Source of the DNA: the human T2T-CHM13v2.0 reference genome, Homo sapiens
Strand: one strand, 5' to 3'
Length of the DNA: 64,000 nt
Assembly (NCBI RefSeq): GCF_009914755.1
Contig: NC_060947.1
Shown here: positions 17,932 through 31,519 of the stretch, one piece after another
Position numbering within the stretch: the stretch's first letter is position 1
How the letters are laid out: each line of letters begins with the position of its first letter
The notes under the pieces: generated by a model
What the model saw: the letters and a program-made list of their open reading frames with translations, nothing else
Told to the model about the DNA's origin: nothing
Database searches by the model: none
Position numbers and translations under genes: made by a program

Positions 17932-19526
17932 ATGAGTACAGGATCAAATTCATACATAACAATACTAATCTTAAATGTAAATGGGCTAAATGCCCCAATT
18001 AAAAGACACAGACTGACAAATTGGATATAGAGTAAAAACCCATCCATGTCCTGTATTTGGGAGATCCATCTCACGTGCAAAGACACACATAGGCTCAAAA
18101 TAAAGGGATGGAGAAAAATTTACCAAGAAAATGGAAAGAAAAAAATAAAGAAAAAATAAAGAAAAAACAGGAGTTGCAATCCTAGTCTCTGACAAAACAG
18201 ACTTTAAACTGACAAAGATCAAAAAAGACAGAGAAAGGCATTACATAATGGTCAAAGGATTAATTCAACAAGAAGAGCTAACTATCCTAAATATATATGC
18301 ACCCAATACAGAAGCACCCAGATTCATAAAAGAAGTTCTTAGAGACCTACAAAAAATGTAGGATCCCACACAATAATAGTGGGAGAGTATAACACCCCAC
18401 TGTCAATATTAGATCAATGAGACAGAAAATTTACAAGGATATTCAGAACATGAACTCAGCTCTGGATCAAGTGGACCTAATAGACATCTACAGAACTCTC
18501 CACCCCAAATCAACAGAATATACATTCTTCTCGGTGCCACATGGCACTTATTCTAAAATTGACCACATAGTTGGAAGTAAAACACTCCTCAGCAGATGCG
18601 AAAGAACTGAAGTTATAGCAGTCTGTCAGACCACAGTGCAATCAAATTACAACTTACGATTAAGAAACTCACTTAAAATCACACAATTTCATGGAAATTG
18701 AACCACCTGCTCCTGAAAGACTCCTGGGTAAATAATGAATTTAAGGCAGAAATCAAGAAGTTATTTGAAACCAATGGGAACAAAGAGACAATGTGCCCCA
18801 ATCTCGGACATCGATAAAGCAGTTAAGAGGGAAATTTATAGCAGTAAATGCCCACATCAGAAAGCTACAAAGATCTCAAATCAACACCCTAACATCACAA
18901 TTAAAAGAGCTAGAGAAGCAAGAGCAAACTAATCCAAAAGCTAGCAGAAGACAAGAAATAAGATCAGAGCAGAATTAAAGGAGATAGAGACATGAAAAAC
19001 CCTTCAAATAATCAATGAAACCAGGAGCTAGTTTTTTGAAAAAAGTAACAAAATAGATAGACTGCTAGCTAGACTAATAAAGAAGAACAGAGAGATGAAT
19101 CAAATAGGCATAATAAAAAATGATAAAGAGGACATTAGCACTGACCGTGCAGAAATACAAACTGCCATCAGAGAATACTATACACACCTCTATACAAATA
19201 AACCAGAAAATTGAGAAGAAATGGATAAATTCCTGGACATATACACCCTCCCAAGACTAAACCAGGAAGAAGTCAAATCCCTGAATAGACCCATAACAAG
19301 TTCTGAAATTGAAGTAGTAATTAATTGCCTACCAACTGAAAAAAAAAAAAAAAGCCCAGGACAAGATGGATTCACAGCTGAATTCTACCAGAGGTACAAA
19401 GAGGAACTGGTACCATTCCTTCTGACACTATTCCAAACAATCGAAAAGAAGGGACTCCTCTCTAACTCATTTTATGAAGCCAGTATCATCCTGATACCAA
19501 AACCTGGCAGAGAAACAACGAAAAAA

Positions 19527-19573
<47 letters not shown>

Positions 19574-21800
19574 AACTTCAGGTCCATATCCCTGATGAAC
19601 ATCTAGGCAAAAATCCTCAATAAAATACTGGCAAACTGAATTCAGCAGCACATCAGAAAATTTATCCACCACGATCAAGTTGGCTTCATCCCTGGGATGC
19701 AAAGCTGGTTCAACATATGCAAATCAATAAATGTAATCCATCACATAAACAGAAACAAACACAAAAACCACATGATTATCTTAATACATGCAGAAATGGC
19801 CTTTGAAAAAACTCAACATCCCTTAATTTTAAGAACTCTCAATAAACTAGGCATAGATGGAACATTTCTCAAAATAATAAGAGCTATTTATGACAAACCC
19901 ACAGCCAATATTACATTGAACAGGCAAACGCTGGAAGCATTATCTTTGAGAACTGGTACAAGACAAGGATGCCCTCTCTCACCACTACTATTCAACATAG
20001 TATTGGAAGTTCTGGCCAGCACAATTACAAGAGAAAGAAGCAAAGCGTATACAAATAGGAAGAGAGAAAGTCAAATTGTCTCTGTTTGCAGACGTCATGA
20101 TTCTATATCTAGAAAATCCCATCATCTCAGCCCCAAAACTTTTTAAGCCGATAAGCAACTTCAGCAAAGTCTCAGGATACAAAATCAATGTGCAAAAATC
20201 ACAAGCATGCTTTCACACAAACGATAGACAAGCAGAGAGCCAAATCATGAATAAACTTCTATTCAAAATTGCCACAAAGAGAATAAATATCTAGGAATAC
20301 AGCTAACAAGAGATATGAAGGACCTCTTCAAGGAGAAATACAAACCACTGCTCAAGGAAATAAGAGAAGACACAAAGAAATGGAAAAACATTCCATCCTC
20401 ATGGAATCAAAGAATCAATATTGGGAAAATGGCCATACTGCCCAAAGTAACTTACAGATTCAGTGCTATTCCCATCAAACTACCATTGACATTCTTTACA
20501 GAATTAGAAAAAAAAAAACTGCTTTAATTTTCATGTGGAGCCAAAGAAGAGCCCATATAGCCAAGACAATTCTAAGCGAAAAGAGCAAAACTGGGGGCAT
20601 CACGCTGTCTGACTTCAAACTATACTACAAGACCACAGTAACCAAAAGAGCATGGTACTGGTACCAAAACAGACATATAGACCAATGGAACAGAACAGAG
20701 ACCTCAGGAATAACACCACACATCTACAACCATCTGATCTTTGACAAACCTGATAAAAACAAGCAATGGCGAAAGGATCTCCTATTCGATAAATGGTGCT
20801 GGGAAAACCAACTAGCCATATGCAGAAAACTGAAACTGGACCCCTTTCTTACACCTTATACAAAAATTAACTCAAGATGGATTAAATACTTAAATGTAAA
20901 ACCCCAAACCATAAAAACCCTAGAAGAAAACCTAGGCAATACCATTCAGGACATAGGCATGTTCAAAGACTTCATGACAAAAACACAAAAAGCAATTGCA
21001 ACAAAAGCCAAAATTGACAAATGTAATCTAATTAAACAGCAAAAGAAACTATCATCACAGTAAACAGGCAACCTACAGAATGAGAAAAAAAAATTTGCAA
21101 TCTACCTATCTGACAAAGGTGTAATATCAAGAATCTCCAAGGAACTTAAACAAATTTACAAGAGAAAAACAACCCCATCAAAAAGTGGACAGATGATATG
21201 AACAAACATTTCTCAAAAGAAGACATTTACATGGCCAACAAACATATGAAAAAAAGGTCAACATCACTGATCATTAGAAAAATGCAAATCAAAACCACAA
21301 TGAGGCACCATCACATGCCAGTCAGAATGGTGATTATTAAAAAGTCAAAAAACAATAGATGCTGGTGAGGCTGTGGAGAGATAGGAATGCTTTTACACTG
21401 TTGGTGGGAATGTAAATTAGTTCAACCATTGTGGAAGGCAGTATGGCAATTTGTCAAGAATCTAGAACCAGAAATACCATTTGAGCTGGCAATCTCATTA
21501 CAGGGTATATACCCAAAGGAATATAAATCATTCTACTATAAAGACACATGTACACTTATGTTTATTGCAGCACTATTTACAATAGCAAAGACATGGAACC
21601 AACCCAAATGCCCATCAATGATAGACTGGATAAAGAAATTGTGGTACATATACACCATGGAATACTATGCAGACATAAAGCAGAATGAGATCATGTCCTT
21701 TGCAGGGACATGGATGAAGCTGGAAGCCATCATCCTCAGCAAACTAACACAGGAACAGAAAACCAAACATCACATGTTCTCACTCTTAAGTGGGAGTTGA
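17932..21800 (+). pseudogene. L1 ORF2p (endonuclease/RT/Cys domain) remnant, fragmented
   Basis: MSTGSNSYITILILNVNGLN start; '[14 protein letters not shown]', '[18 protein letters not shown]', 'LFADVMILY', 'LLHCWWECKLVQPLWK'; split over many frames. Confidence 0.92.
19523..19575 (+). repeat. (TAAA)n microsatellite inside L1 ORF2
   Basis: About 12 tandem TAAA units directly visible. Confidence 0.95.
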
Positions 21801-22409
21801 ATAATGAGAGAACATCGACACAGGGAAGGGAACAACATACACCAGGGCCTGTTGGGGACTGGGAGATGAGGGGAGGGAACTTAGAGGACAAGTCAATAGG
21901 TGCAGCAAACCACCATGGCACAAGTATACCTGTGTAACAAACCTGCACGGTCTGCACATGTGTCCCAGAGCTTAAAGTAAACTTTAAAAAAAGAAAAATA
22001 AATTTTTGATTTATAACTTATTTATGCTCTAACGACTTTAAATTTTACCTATTCATTTAGGCTACGAATGTTTTCCCCCAAGCTATTCTTAATCTGACTT
22101 TATAAACTCCTTTGACATTCCTTTAACAATATTTATGAAGTTAAACCTGTTTATCTTTGTATAGATTACACATTTTCTGTTTACAAAAGGAAAATATTCT
22201 ACCTCCCCCATTCTGAAATTTTACAAATACTCTTAAGTTGTGTTGATGTTTTTATTTACTATTTTATCCTTTTGATATGTAATTTTGCATATTCTCTGAC
22301 TCAGATTTCTAAAATTTCTTTTTTTCAGACAGCCATTTTTAAAAGATAGTTTGTTAAATAAACTACCTATTTACATAATTGAATTAAATTATTCATTGAA
22401 TCGACAGTG

Positions 22410-22740
22410 ATATTTTGATCAATCAACAGACCTTTACTGAGAACATAGTATAACCCAGGCTTTTTTTCCTATAAGGTGATCAATTTTATAAATACTGTTG
22501 CTACCCCCTAGGAACTTACATTTTAGCCTGGAAAGACCCACATTAAATACACGAACAAATCAATGAGCTAAGTTTTGGTAGAGATATATGTAATAAAAAA
22601 ATGTAATACAGACATGGCAAGAGAGGCAAATCTGTTAGAGTAATCAGAAATGGGCTCTCTGAGGAAGCAATATTCTGAGACTATAATAATATAAGAGAGT
22701 ATTAGTATACTGACAAATTGATACATAGAAAATTTTAAGA
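22410..22740 (-). mobile_element. L2 3' end relic
   Basis: 'tcaatcaacagacctttactgagaacatagtataacccaggc' resembles the antisense L2 terminus. Confidence 0.5.
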
Positions 22741-22799
22741 TTGAATCACAGAAGTTTAGAAAAAATGATTTTAGCATGAAAAAATGTGAGAACTACGTG

Positions 22800-23517
22800 G
22801 AATATGGCAAAAGAGTTCTTTTATGTGCAACTGCCACCTGAAAAGAACAGGAGAGATAACAGAACACAGCAATACTTAAAGAAATACTGGCTTAGAATTT
22901 TCCAAAAGTGATAAAATACGTTAAGTCATAAACTCAAGAAGATCAACTCTCCCAAAGAAGGATAAGTACAGAGGAGAAAAAAAAAAAAATCTCTACAGCT
23001 GTTAATAAACTGCTGAAAACCAAAAGCAAAGATAAAATCTTAAAAGCAGACATAGCAAAAAAAAAAAAAGGGCACATAACCAAGGGTGAGAAAATAAAAT
23101 TGGCCGATGAGTGTTCAATAGTAATGATAGAAGCCAAAATGTAATAAAATGACAATGTCAATGAGCTCAGTAAAAATAACTGCTGAGCCAGACTTCTACA
23201 GTGAATGTTCTACTGATTTACAAAAAAAGAGTCTTTTCTAGTGCTGAGAGAGAAAGAAAATCACTCTTAATAAAGGCTGCTAGTTCCGTTGTATATTCTG
23301 TTCACATGGAAAATAATAAAACCTCTGTCGTAGAAGGTTAAAAATCAATTTAAAGTATATCAGAGATTTAATGTGAATTTCCAAACAAATTTTTTTCTGT
23401 GTGAAGATAAAATAAAATACTTTCATGATTCTAGATTACACAAAACACAGAAAATAAAACCATTAAGAAAATAATTGCAAAATTAAATAACACATCTAGA
23501 AATTTAAAAAGGCAAGC
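22800..23517 (+). mobile_element. Ancient L1M fragments (ORF1-like)
   Basis: 'aaactgctgaaaaccaaaagcaaagataaaatcttaaaagcag' is an ORF1-like motif. Confidence 0.55.
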
Positions 23518-24810
23518 TGTAACTACCCAAGGTGTTTTTCCTGCCCGCTGCATAAAGAAAGACCATGGCATTGTAGCAGAGTAAGAGTTTAATAGACACA
23601 AGGCTGGACATGACACATAGGAGATAGAGTTTGTATTCAAATTATCTCATCCAAATCCATAAGTTAGGGACTTTTCAAAGGCAGTTTGGGGGAAAGGGGG
23701 GGAGTGGCAAGGTAACAGGTGCTTACTGCTGATGGTGTTGGAACAGAGATAAAATCATGAAAGGTTAAAGCTGTCCTTCTGTGGCCTGAATTGCTTCTGG
23801 GTGGTATCACAGGAGCAGGGTTGGCAGTCCAGATAGACATAAAAAAAACCTGGAAATATATCTCAGAAGACCAATCTACAATAGTGATGTTATTTGCAGG
23901 AGTAATTGGGGTAAGTTGCAGATCTTATAACCTCTGAAATAATGGCTGACAACCATTTATGTCTGCACCTTAGCTGGACTCAGGCTCCTCTTCTACTGCA
24001 AGCCTGATAGCCTCCCATTAGCTTTACAAAAACAATTGAGTTTTGGGCAAGGCCCATTATAATTTACACTGTAGCCTAAATGTTTTCCAAAGTTAGCTCA
24101 GCTCAACAGCCCAGGAATAATTAAGGAAAAGGCAAGATGGGGAGGGGGTGTTAGCTTGCCTTACTGTTCCAAGTTTTCTCACTGATATCATTTTTGTAAA
24201 CTCATTTTCAGTTCTCGTCTTTGGCTTTTATATACCTTATTCTTAAAGTGTTGGCTATAGAGATGGAAAAAGGATGACAACCACTCTGGATTCTTCCTGC
24301 TGACAGAAGGTTTAGTTGCAGGGAGTGGTCCCAGAGGAATAGGAGTAAAACTGCTCCTTTGGAATGACCTGCCTGTACTCTGGGGTGTATATGGCAAAGA
24401 TGTTAATATCCTGACTTACAGTTCTACTACAGAACTTAAGTGAACAGTAGACTATAGGTTGTTAGAAAAGACAGACTGAGCAAATTTAAATATACTGTCT
24501 CATATATATTTTAATCAGTGTCCTAGTCCTGTTACTAGAATAGTTTAGTTAAACAGCTGTTTCCTATTATCAGGAGGTGGCAGTGCAGACGGGCTAGGCA
24601 TCTGTATGTCATGAAGGCAAACAGTTTTTTTTTTTTTTAATAAGAGACATTTCTATAAAGACAGAATAAAAACAAAGGTCAATGTTGGGCACAATTTATC
24701 CAGATGTTAGGCTCAGAGCATTTTTAGTTACAGAGAAGGAAGGCAATGACAATGTGACCTGTTTTTTTCTTTCCTATATTACAAGGAATAAGCTTCAGTT
24801 TGCAGGGCTG
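23518..24810 (-). mobile_element. ERV1 LTR8/LTR26-like LTR (23518-24210) with adjoining truncated internal sequence
   Basis: 'tgtaactacccaaggtgtttttcctgcccgctgc' to '...tttca' resembles antisense LTR8-class LTRs; ERV-internal-like sequence follows; no second LTR seen. Confidence 0.65.
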
Positions 24811-25502
24811 TTTGAAGGTTCCTCATAAAAACTGAAAATGGAGCTACCATATTTTCCAACAATCTCACTGCTGGGTATATACCCAAAATAAAGTAGTAAA
24901 ACAGTAATATCAAAGACATCTGCTCTGTTTGTTGCAGCACTGTTCACATTAGCTAAGATTTGAATGAAAATTAAGTTTCCCTCAATAAATGAGTGGATAG
25001 AGAAAATGTGGTATATATGCACATTTGAGTACTATTCGGCCATAAAAAAATGAGATCATGTCATTTGCAACAACATGGATGGAAGTGGAGACAAACATTC
25101 CATGTTCCATATTCTCATTTATTTGTGGCATTTAAAAATCAAAACAATTAAACTTATGAACATAGAGAGTAGAAGGATGGTTACCAGAGGCTGGAAGGGT
25201 AGTGGTGGCTTGGGTGGGAGGTTAGGATGGTTAATGGGTACCAAAAAAATTGCTAGGAATGATGAGTAAGACTTGCTATTTGATAACACAACAGGATGAC
25301 TATAGTCAATAATAACAATTGTACATTTTTAAATAACTAAAAGAGGATTGTTTTTAACACAAAGGCTTGAGGGAAGGACAACCCATTCTCCATGATGTGA
25401 TTATGTCACATTGCATGTCTGTAACAAAATATCTCATGTACCCAATAAATATATACACTTACTATGTACCCACAAAAACTAAAAATAAAAATAATTTAAA
25501 AA
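24811..25502 (+). mobile_element. L1MA-like 3' fragment
   Basis: 'ctgctgggtatatacccaaa', 'gagagtagaaggatggttaccagaggctgg', 3' end with A-rich tail. Confidence 0.85.
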
Positions 25503-25869
25503 TGTATATTTCTGGCTTATGGTTCCCAATTGTTTTGTTAGTCTGGCAATTTTTCTTTTTTAGAAAGTTGCTACATGACAGTTTTTTTAAATATTTATCC
25601 AGAATTTATAGATGCTTGTTGCAGTTTTTTTCACATTTTGCCATCTTTTATAATTTAGAGATCATCAATCTAAATGCTAACATTAAGCCACTTTTGCTTT
25701 AGAATTTTTAATTAAAGAAACAGTGCTGATTGAGTTGTAATTTCCCAGTTCTTCATGAATTTCATATTCCCTGCATTCATTGCTAAATTCATTTTGAATT
25801 TGTCTTTCTATGTCAGTTTTTGTTTTATACTTTCATTAAACATACAAAATTTTAAAATACATTTGTTTA

Positions 25870-26090
25870 ATATGTATAATGTCCTCTTCTAAGTACATTA
25901 AATAGTTAATCTAATTTAATTTCACAACAACCTATTAGGTATTTACCATGCTTTTTTCACTTACGGATGAGGAGTAGAGACACAAGAAGATAGCGTGTCA
26001 AAGGTGACAGAAATAGTAAACATAAGAGTGAAAGAATTGAGATTCCAACACAGGCAGTTTTATTCTAGAATTCCTGATGTGCTTAACCAG
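25870..26090 (-). mobile_element. MIR
   Basis: 'tttaatttcacaacaacctattagg...cacttacggatgagga' antisense core. Confidence 0.6.
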
Positions 26091-26680
26091 TAACAAGCAA
26101 AGTAGAGTTCAATGTTTTAAATAGATGCAAGGATGGCATTTAAGCAACTTGAGTTTTTATTTAACATTATGATTTTGAGATCCAATTATGTAAATAGATT
26201 TAGAATAATGTATTTATTTTAATTATTATAGAGCATTCTATTTAATGAAATTCAGATATCATTTATTCATTTAACTTTTAAGAGATTTTCCTATGTATTA
26301 CTCTTACATTGCAATTAATATTCATGTGGATGTGCAGACATTTTTCTAGATTGTAAAAGAAAAATCAAGAAACATATCTGTTTTGTCCTTCTGTATTTTT
26401 CTTGCTTTTCTTTTTATGACACTTCTAAGGATCCATAAATAAGACAGGATTTACTTTTGCTTCCCATATGTTCTTTTTTTCTTCACTCCAATTAAGCCTG
26501 TAGGATTAATTATGCAATGGTTTTATAAAATGAGTTCTCCAAGATCAGTTGCTAATAAGCTAAAGCAAAATACTAAGAAATATAAAAAATATTTTCATAT
26601 AGAATAATCTGTCTTGTACATTTGTTATTTATTAATCTGTCTTGTAAACATCATATACCTATTTCTGAAGTTGAGGGGTC

Positions 26681-26905
26681 AGTATAACATAGTAGTCAAT
26701 AACACAGATGCTAGGGTCAGATTGTTTGAGTTTAAATCTTAGCTTTGCTACTTGTTCACAGCATGACCTGTGGGCAAGGTACTTAGCTGGTTATTTTCTC
26801 AGTTATCTTACATATAAACTGGGGATGATAACAGCATTTTTCTAAAAGTGTTCTGTTGAATATTAAGTGATATATGTACAGTGCTTAGCAGAGTTCCTAA
26901 AATCA
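26681..26905 (+). mobile_element. MIR
   Basis: 'agtataacatagtagtcaat...gagtttaaatcttagctttgctactt...gggcaaggtacttag...ctcagtt'. Confidence 0.7.
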
Positions 26906-27503
26906 AATATGTCATATTTATTTATTTTAAAAATCATTTTACTTTGTCAATTATACAAGCAATACATAATATGCATTCATTGTAAAAAAAAAGATACAAA
27001 ACTGTATACAACAAAAAAGTAAAAGTTTACTCTCACTCCATTCCAAACCTATTTTCCCATACTTTGTTGTGTTTTTTCTAATTGTTTGTATAGATATAGA
27101 TATATTAACATATAGCTTATATCTATATGTAACATATATATTTATCTTTTAAAATGAGTGAAATGTTATGCTATATTATTTTGAGGTCAATTTTTTCCCT
27201 AACAATATACCAGTAAGATTTATGAAAATAATAATGCACACTGCTGTTTTGAGAATTACTAAAGGATGTAATTTTCTTAAAATAATATTTGGCACATAAT
27301 AAGCTCTCAATAAGTTATTCCTATTGTCTTTCCTCACAAGTATATAAAGAAATAAAAATTAAAATGAGAAAACTTTTTAAATCAAGTACAATGATTTTTT
27401 TTTTAAACAACTGTTGTGAGAGTATTCAAATTGGCCTCTCATATATTTCTTGTACAAAAGAAATAAATAAAATACAATTATTCTGAGGGAGCAATTTATA
27501 AGT

Positions 27504-28187
27504 TGTTTCAGATGTCTTAAAATGCACATGCTTGGTCATTTTGCAGATAATTTGACATAAACATAGTCTGTCTCTATTCACTCCCAAGTGTAACCCGTCT
27601 GCCTTTCCTGAGTCAAGTAACTGCATGGCAGTCAGAGGAAGGCACAAAAGGGCTCAGGCTGGCTCCTGGCAGAAAGGATTAAGCATATTTCCTCCTCTCC
27701 AGGCCTGAGGAGTTACTTGGGAAAGTTTATTAAAAGTTCTGATTGTAGGAAAAGTTTGGTTTTCAGCAATCTATCTCTATCTCCTCTCTCAAGGCAAGGG
27801 TGACATTGGTTACCATGAACTGATGTGATTTCTTTGGTCACCTATGAGCACAAGTTGTTGTTCTGGTAATTCACCCCGAAAACTGCAGGAATGTGAGAAG
27901 ACCTGCGTAAAAAGAAGCTTCTTCCTGAGTACTGTCAGTGGTCTGACATTATGCAAGGGGATACTTAATATATAAATCAATTATGTGTTTGTCTCAAGCT
28001 CTGTAAGGTGAGCATAAGATAAGGTGAACATAGAGTAGCTTCCTGTGGAGATGTTTAACCTTTTATCTGTAGCTATCTGCTTAGGAACACAAAGAAAGTC
28101 ACTTTCTTGCATGACTCAGCTTTCAGCTTATTTTTTTTTCTTTTGGCATAGTGAATTGGGGTCCTAAGATTTTATTTTCCATTTGCA
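27504..28187 (-). mobile_element. MER4-group ERV1 solo LTR
   Basis: Ends 'gcatgactcagctttcagc...gtgaattggggtcctaagattttattttcc', the antisense MER4A-type 5' end; possible TSD aagt/aact. Confidence 0.65.
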
Positions 28188-29434
28188 AACTTTGACAGAC
28201 AAGAGATGGAGCTACCTAGCCAGAGAAAGAACAAAGGGAATATTCAGAAATAGACTCTAACTAAGTGAATGACTTGAAGAAATGGACAAATTAATGACAA
28301 TAAAGCACTTAAAATATTTAAGCATTGTACAAATGGGGACTTTCTAGAAGCAAAACACTATTTCTAAACAAAAATATGATAGACAAATTGAGGGAGGTGA
28401 TGGTTACTGTGGGGTATTCAGTAACTTAAATTGAAAAAAATCTCAAGCACGGAACAAAATACAATATTGTAAACCTTGAAAGAAAAGATGAGAGATTAAA
28501 AAATGTGTCAAGGAGAAGTGATGTGCAATTCACAAGCATTCTGGTAGATGAAACAAAGAAAAAATGGAGAAATGTGATTATAAATGAACAAATAATAGAA
28601 GAAATTAGAAACTTTCTCTAAGTAAATTGGGGAAAGATGTAAAAATAGCAGAAAATGAACAGATTCATAAAGTTTCAGGCTAGAATTGTGAGAAACAACA
28701 CACACAAAAATTAAAATCCAGGTAAATATTCTCAGCTCTGGGATAATGAGAAAAGTTTTACAAACATTTAGCCAAAAGAAAAAGGCAGTTGTAAAAGAGA
28801 GATATAAGACTAGTGATGGCCATCTAATCTGTAACATTTGAAGCTATTGAGAAAAATAATAATTCAGCCCATAAAATTTATTCATTACTAAGATACACTT
28901 AACTATCATAATCAAAGAAAGGTACGGTATCTGCTTTTGTTAAGAACTCAGAGTCAATAATATAGACAAAAAAACTCAAGAAAACCGTCAGGAAAAAGAA
29001 ATTCTACAGAAAACAAGAGGACTGAGGTGTTGAGATCAGGATAGATGTAAAATAGTAGAAATGCTCGTGTGTAATTAATGTTGCAATACACTGGGTTACA
29101 TCTAAATAGAAGATATAATCCATCTGGGATTGTGTAATATGAATGCTAAACAATAGTGAAATAGAAGAGGTAATTTAATGTAATGTAAGGGAATTTCTAG
29201 TAATTTATTATATAATTATTACTATTAAAAGCAAGGTTGTGGAGCTGTGATGTAGAGAGAGGATGTAAATAGTTCCAAATGCCTTTTCTGAAAATTGGGA
29301 GAAGAATAGAAACTGTAAGTATTACAGAAGTTTTACCTTTTGGAGTTGAAAGGAGAGCAGTGGAAAACCCAAACAACTTGGTGGGAAAAATAATTAATAA
29401 ATTGTTTTAACATAATGATATTATAGAAAATATA

Positions 29435-29513
29435 TTAGGATGAAGCAAATGTAATTGTGCTTTTTGCAATTACATTTATGGCAAAGACTGCACTTACTTT
29501 TTCAACAACCTGA
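29435..29513. mobile_element. MADE1 (Hsmar1-derived MITE)
   Basis: 79-bp imperfect palindrome ttaggatgaagcaaatgtaattgtg...cacttactttttcaacaacctga flanked by TA on both sides. Confidence 0.88.
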
Positions 29514-29799
29514 TACATGGTAGAAATGGTAGAAAATATACATCTGATTACTAGTGCTGAAAATTAAAGCCATTTAAGGAACCAGAAAAGTACAGTGAAA
29601 TTTTGAAATTAACAAATTTCCAAATTATCCTGGATATAAAACAATTGAATGGAAACTTTACATAGCAACTTAATGATATGTGAAAGGAAAGGAGGATGCT
29701 ATATTTTAAAAAATCTACAAATATAAAATATTATCAAATTGTTACAATAATGTGAACAGACTGAATGTTCTGCTTAAAAGATGGCATCTGCCTGATACT

Positions 29800-30165
29800 T
29801 ATGGTTATCAGAGGCTATGAAGGGTGTATGTAAGTTGGGGAGTGGGGATGAAGAGAGGCTGGGTAATGGATATAAACATGTGATTAGATGGAAGAAATAT
29901 GTCCTAGTGTTCAATAGCCCAGTAGGGTGAGTATAGTTAGCAACAATGTATGTACATTTCCCAATAGCTAGAAGAGAAGATTTGAAATATTACCAACAAT
30001 AAAAACCAATAATTTGCTGGTTCAAAGTAATGATAAATGTTTGAGGTGATGGGTATCCTAAATACCCTGATTTGATTTGATCATTATACATTGTATGAAA
30101 TTACTTATTACATGTTCTCCATAAACATGTACAATTATTATGTATCAAATTTTTAAAATGTAAAA
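29800..30165 (+). mobile_element. L1MA (older subfamily) 3' end fragment
   Basis: 'atggttatcagaggct...aatagctagaagagaagatttgaa...aataccctgatttga'. Confidence 0.75.
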
Positions 30166-30344
30166 ACTTAAAACTACAGGGTAAATAAAACAAAAAAAAA
30201 AAAACATGTCCAAGAACCTGGTAAAAGTTCTATTAAAGGATGATACTTGAATAAATCCCTTCAGAATGAGAAGATCTATTTACCAAGAACATAGAGGAAT
30301 TAAAAATGCAAACAGCAAACTCCAGTAACTCTGCTAGATTATTA

Positions 30345-30520
30345 CTAACATTATTTCATTTCATCCTTATAACAACCCTGAAATGTAAGTATTTTATCCC
30401 TATTTGAATGGAAGAAAAATTGAGACTCAGTGCTTAAGCAACTTACACAAGTTTACATAGGTAGGAGATAGCTAGTGCATAGAAGAATGAATATTTAAAC
30501 CAGGCCTTCCTGACTAAGGG
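30345..30520 (-). mobile_element. MIR
   Basis: 'tcatccttataacaaccctg...attttatccctattt...aaattgagactcag' antisense core. Confidence 0.65.
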
Positions 30521-30569
30521 GCTCTCTGCAGCCCTACCTCAGCCCGCTCCACCCCTGCTTTTTAAATTA

Positions 30570-30790
30570 GAGTAAGAGGTAGCAGAACAAAATGTTCAAG
30601 ATTGGGGATTCTGCCAAGCACTATGTAACCTTGAAAAGTTTAATTAAACTTTCTGTGTTCCAGTTTTCTAATATGACAAATGAAGATGCTCTAATTATTA
30701 GACCATAGGGTAGCTGTGAGAATCAAATGTGGCAATACTTGCAAATACTTAAAGCCATACTTCACAGAGAATAAGTGGTAATTACCAGCT
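30570..30790 (+). mobile_element. MIR
   Basis: 'ctatgtaaccttgaaaag...ctgtgttccagttttctaat...tagggtagctgtgagaatcaaatg'. Confidence 0.6.
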
Positions 30791-31134
30791 ATGCTTTTCT
30801 TGGTGCTTTATCCTCTTACAGTCATAGAATTCTGAGTTAAAAAACTACCTCTAGTTAACAGTGACAAAATGATTAGTCATAGACTATTATGGTCAAGATT
30901 TTAGGGCTCAGACTAAGTGAAAATGATTGTCATTAACATGTTGGTGTAGATCTTCAACTCAATATAGAAGAGAAAAAAGGAGATAAACTAGTGTTAGGGC
31001 ATTGCATGACTAGGCCCTCTTAAGTCACATCATTGCATAGGATCAACATTATATAGACATATTATTTTCTCTAATTATTGTTTCTATCAGGAGGCAAAAT
31101 TAATTTATCAACTCACTTTCAAAAGTTAAGTATT

Positions 31135-31519
31135 GGCTGGGCGCTGTGGGTCATGTCTGTAATCCCAGCACTTTGGGTGGCTGAGGCGAGTGAATCACCT
31201 GAGGTCAGGAGTTTGAGACCAGCCTGACCAACATGGTAAAAACCTTGTATAGACACAAGGAAAAACCCTAAATGTATTTGGCTCTCATCCCTACTTCATT
31301 TCCTCTGGTCTATTTTTTTTTTCTTTTATCACATTATAAACAATTAATTATACTTGTTTCCAAATTGTCTTTCTTATTAATTTTTGGTGGCGGGTGCCTG
31401 TAATCCCAGCTACCTGGGGGCTGAGGCAGGAGAATCACTTCAACCTGGGAGGCGGAGCTTGCAGTGACCCGAGATCGTGCATTACACTCCAGCCTGGGCA
31501 ACAGTGAGACTGTGTCTAA
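31135..31519 (+). mobile_element. AluS-like element with its centre replaced by a foreign ~140-bp insert (31246-31388)
   Basis: Left arm to 'acatggtaaaaacct', right arm from 'ggtggcgggtgcctgtaatccc'; TSD aaaagttaag(t/a)att at 31121-31134 and 31520-31533. Confidence 0.93.

Larger units (their letters stand above)
15523..22002 (+). mobile_element. Full-length inactivated LINE-1 (L1PA8-like)
   Basis: 5' 'ggagccaagatggc' YY1-type start, ~1.3 kb 5' UTR, ORF1 and ORF2 remnants, 3' UTR 'gggaacttagaggac..tcaataggtgcagcaaaccaccatggcac', A-rich tail. Confidence 0.95.

Noticed and set aside
20380-21063. Longest ORF (227 aa)
   Set aside because: Frameshifted fragment of dead L1 ORF2
30345-30790. Adjacent oppositely oriented MIRs as a hairpin
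   Set aside because: Too diverged for extended pairing to be seen
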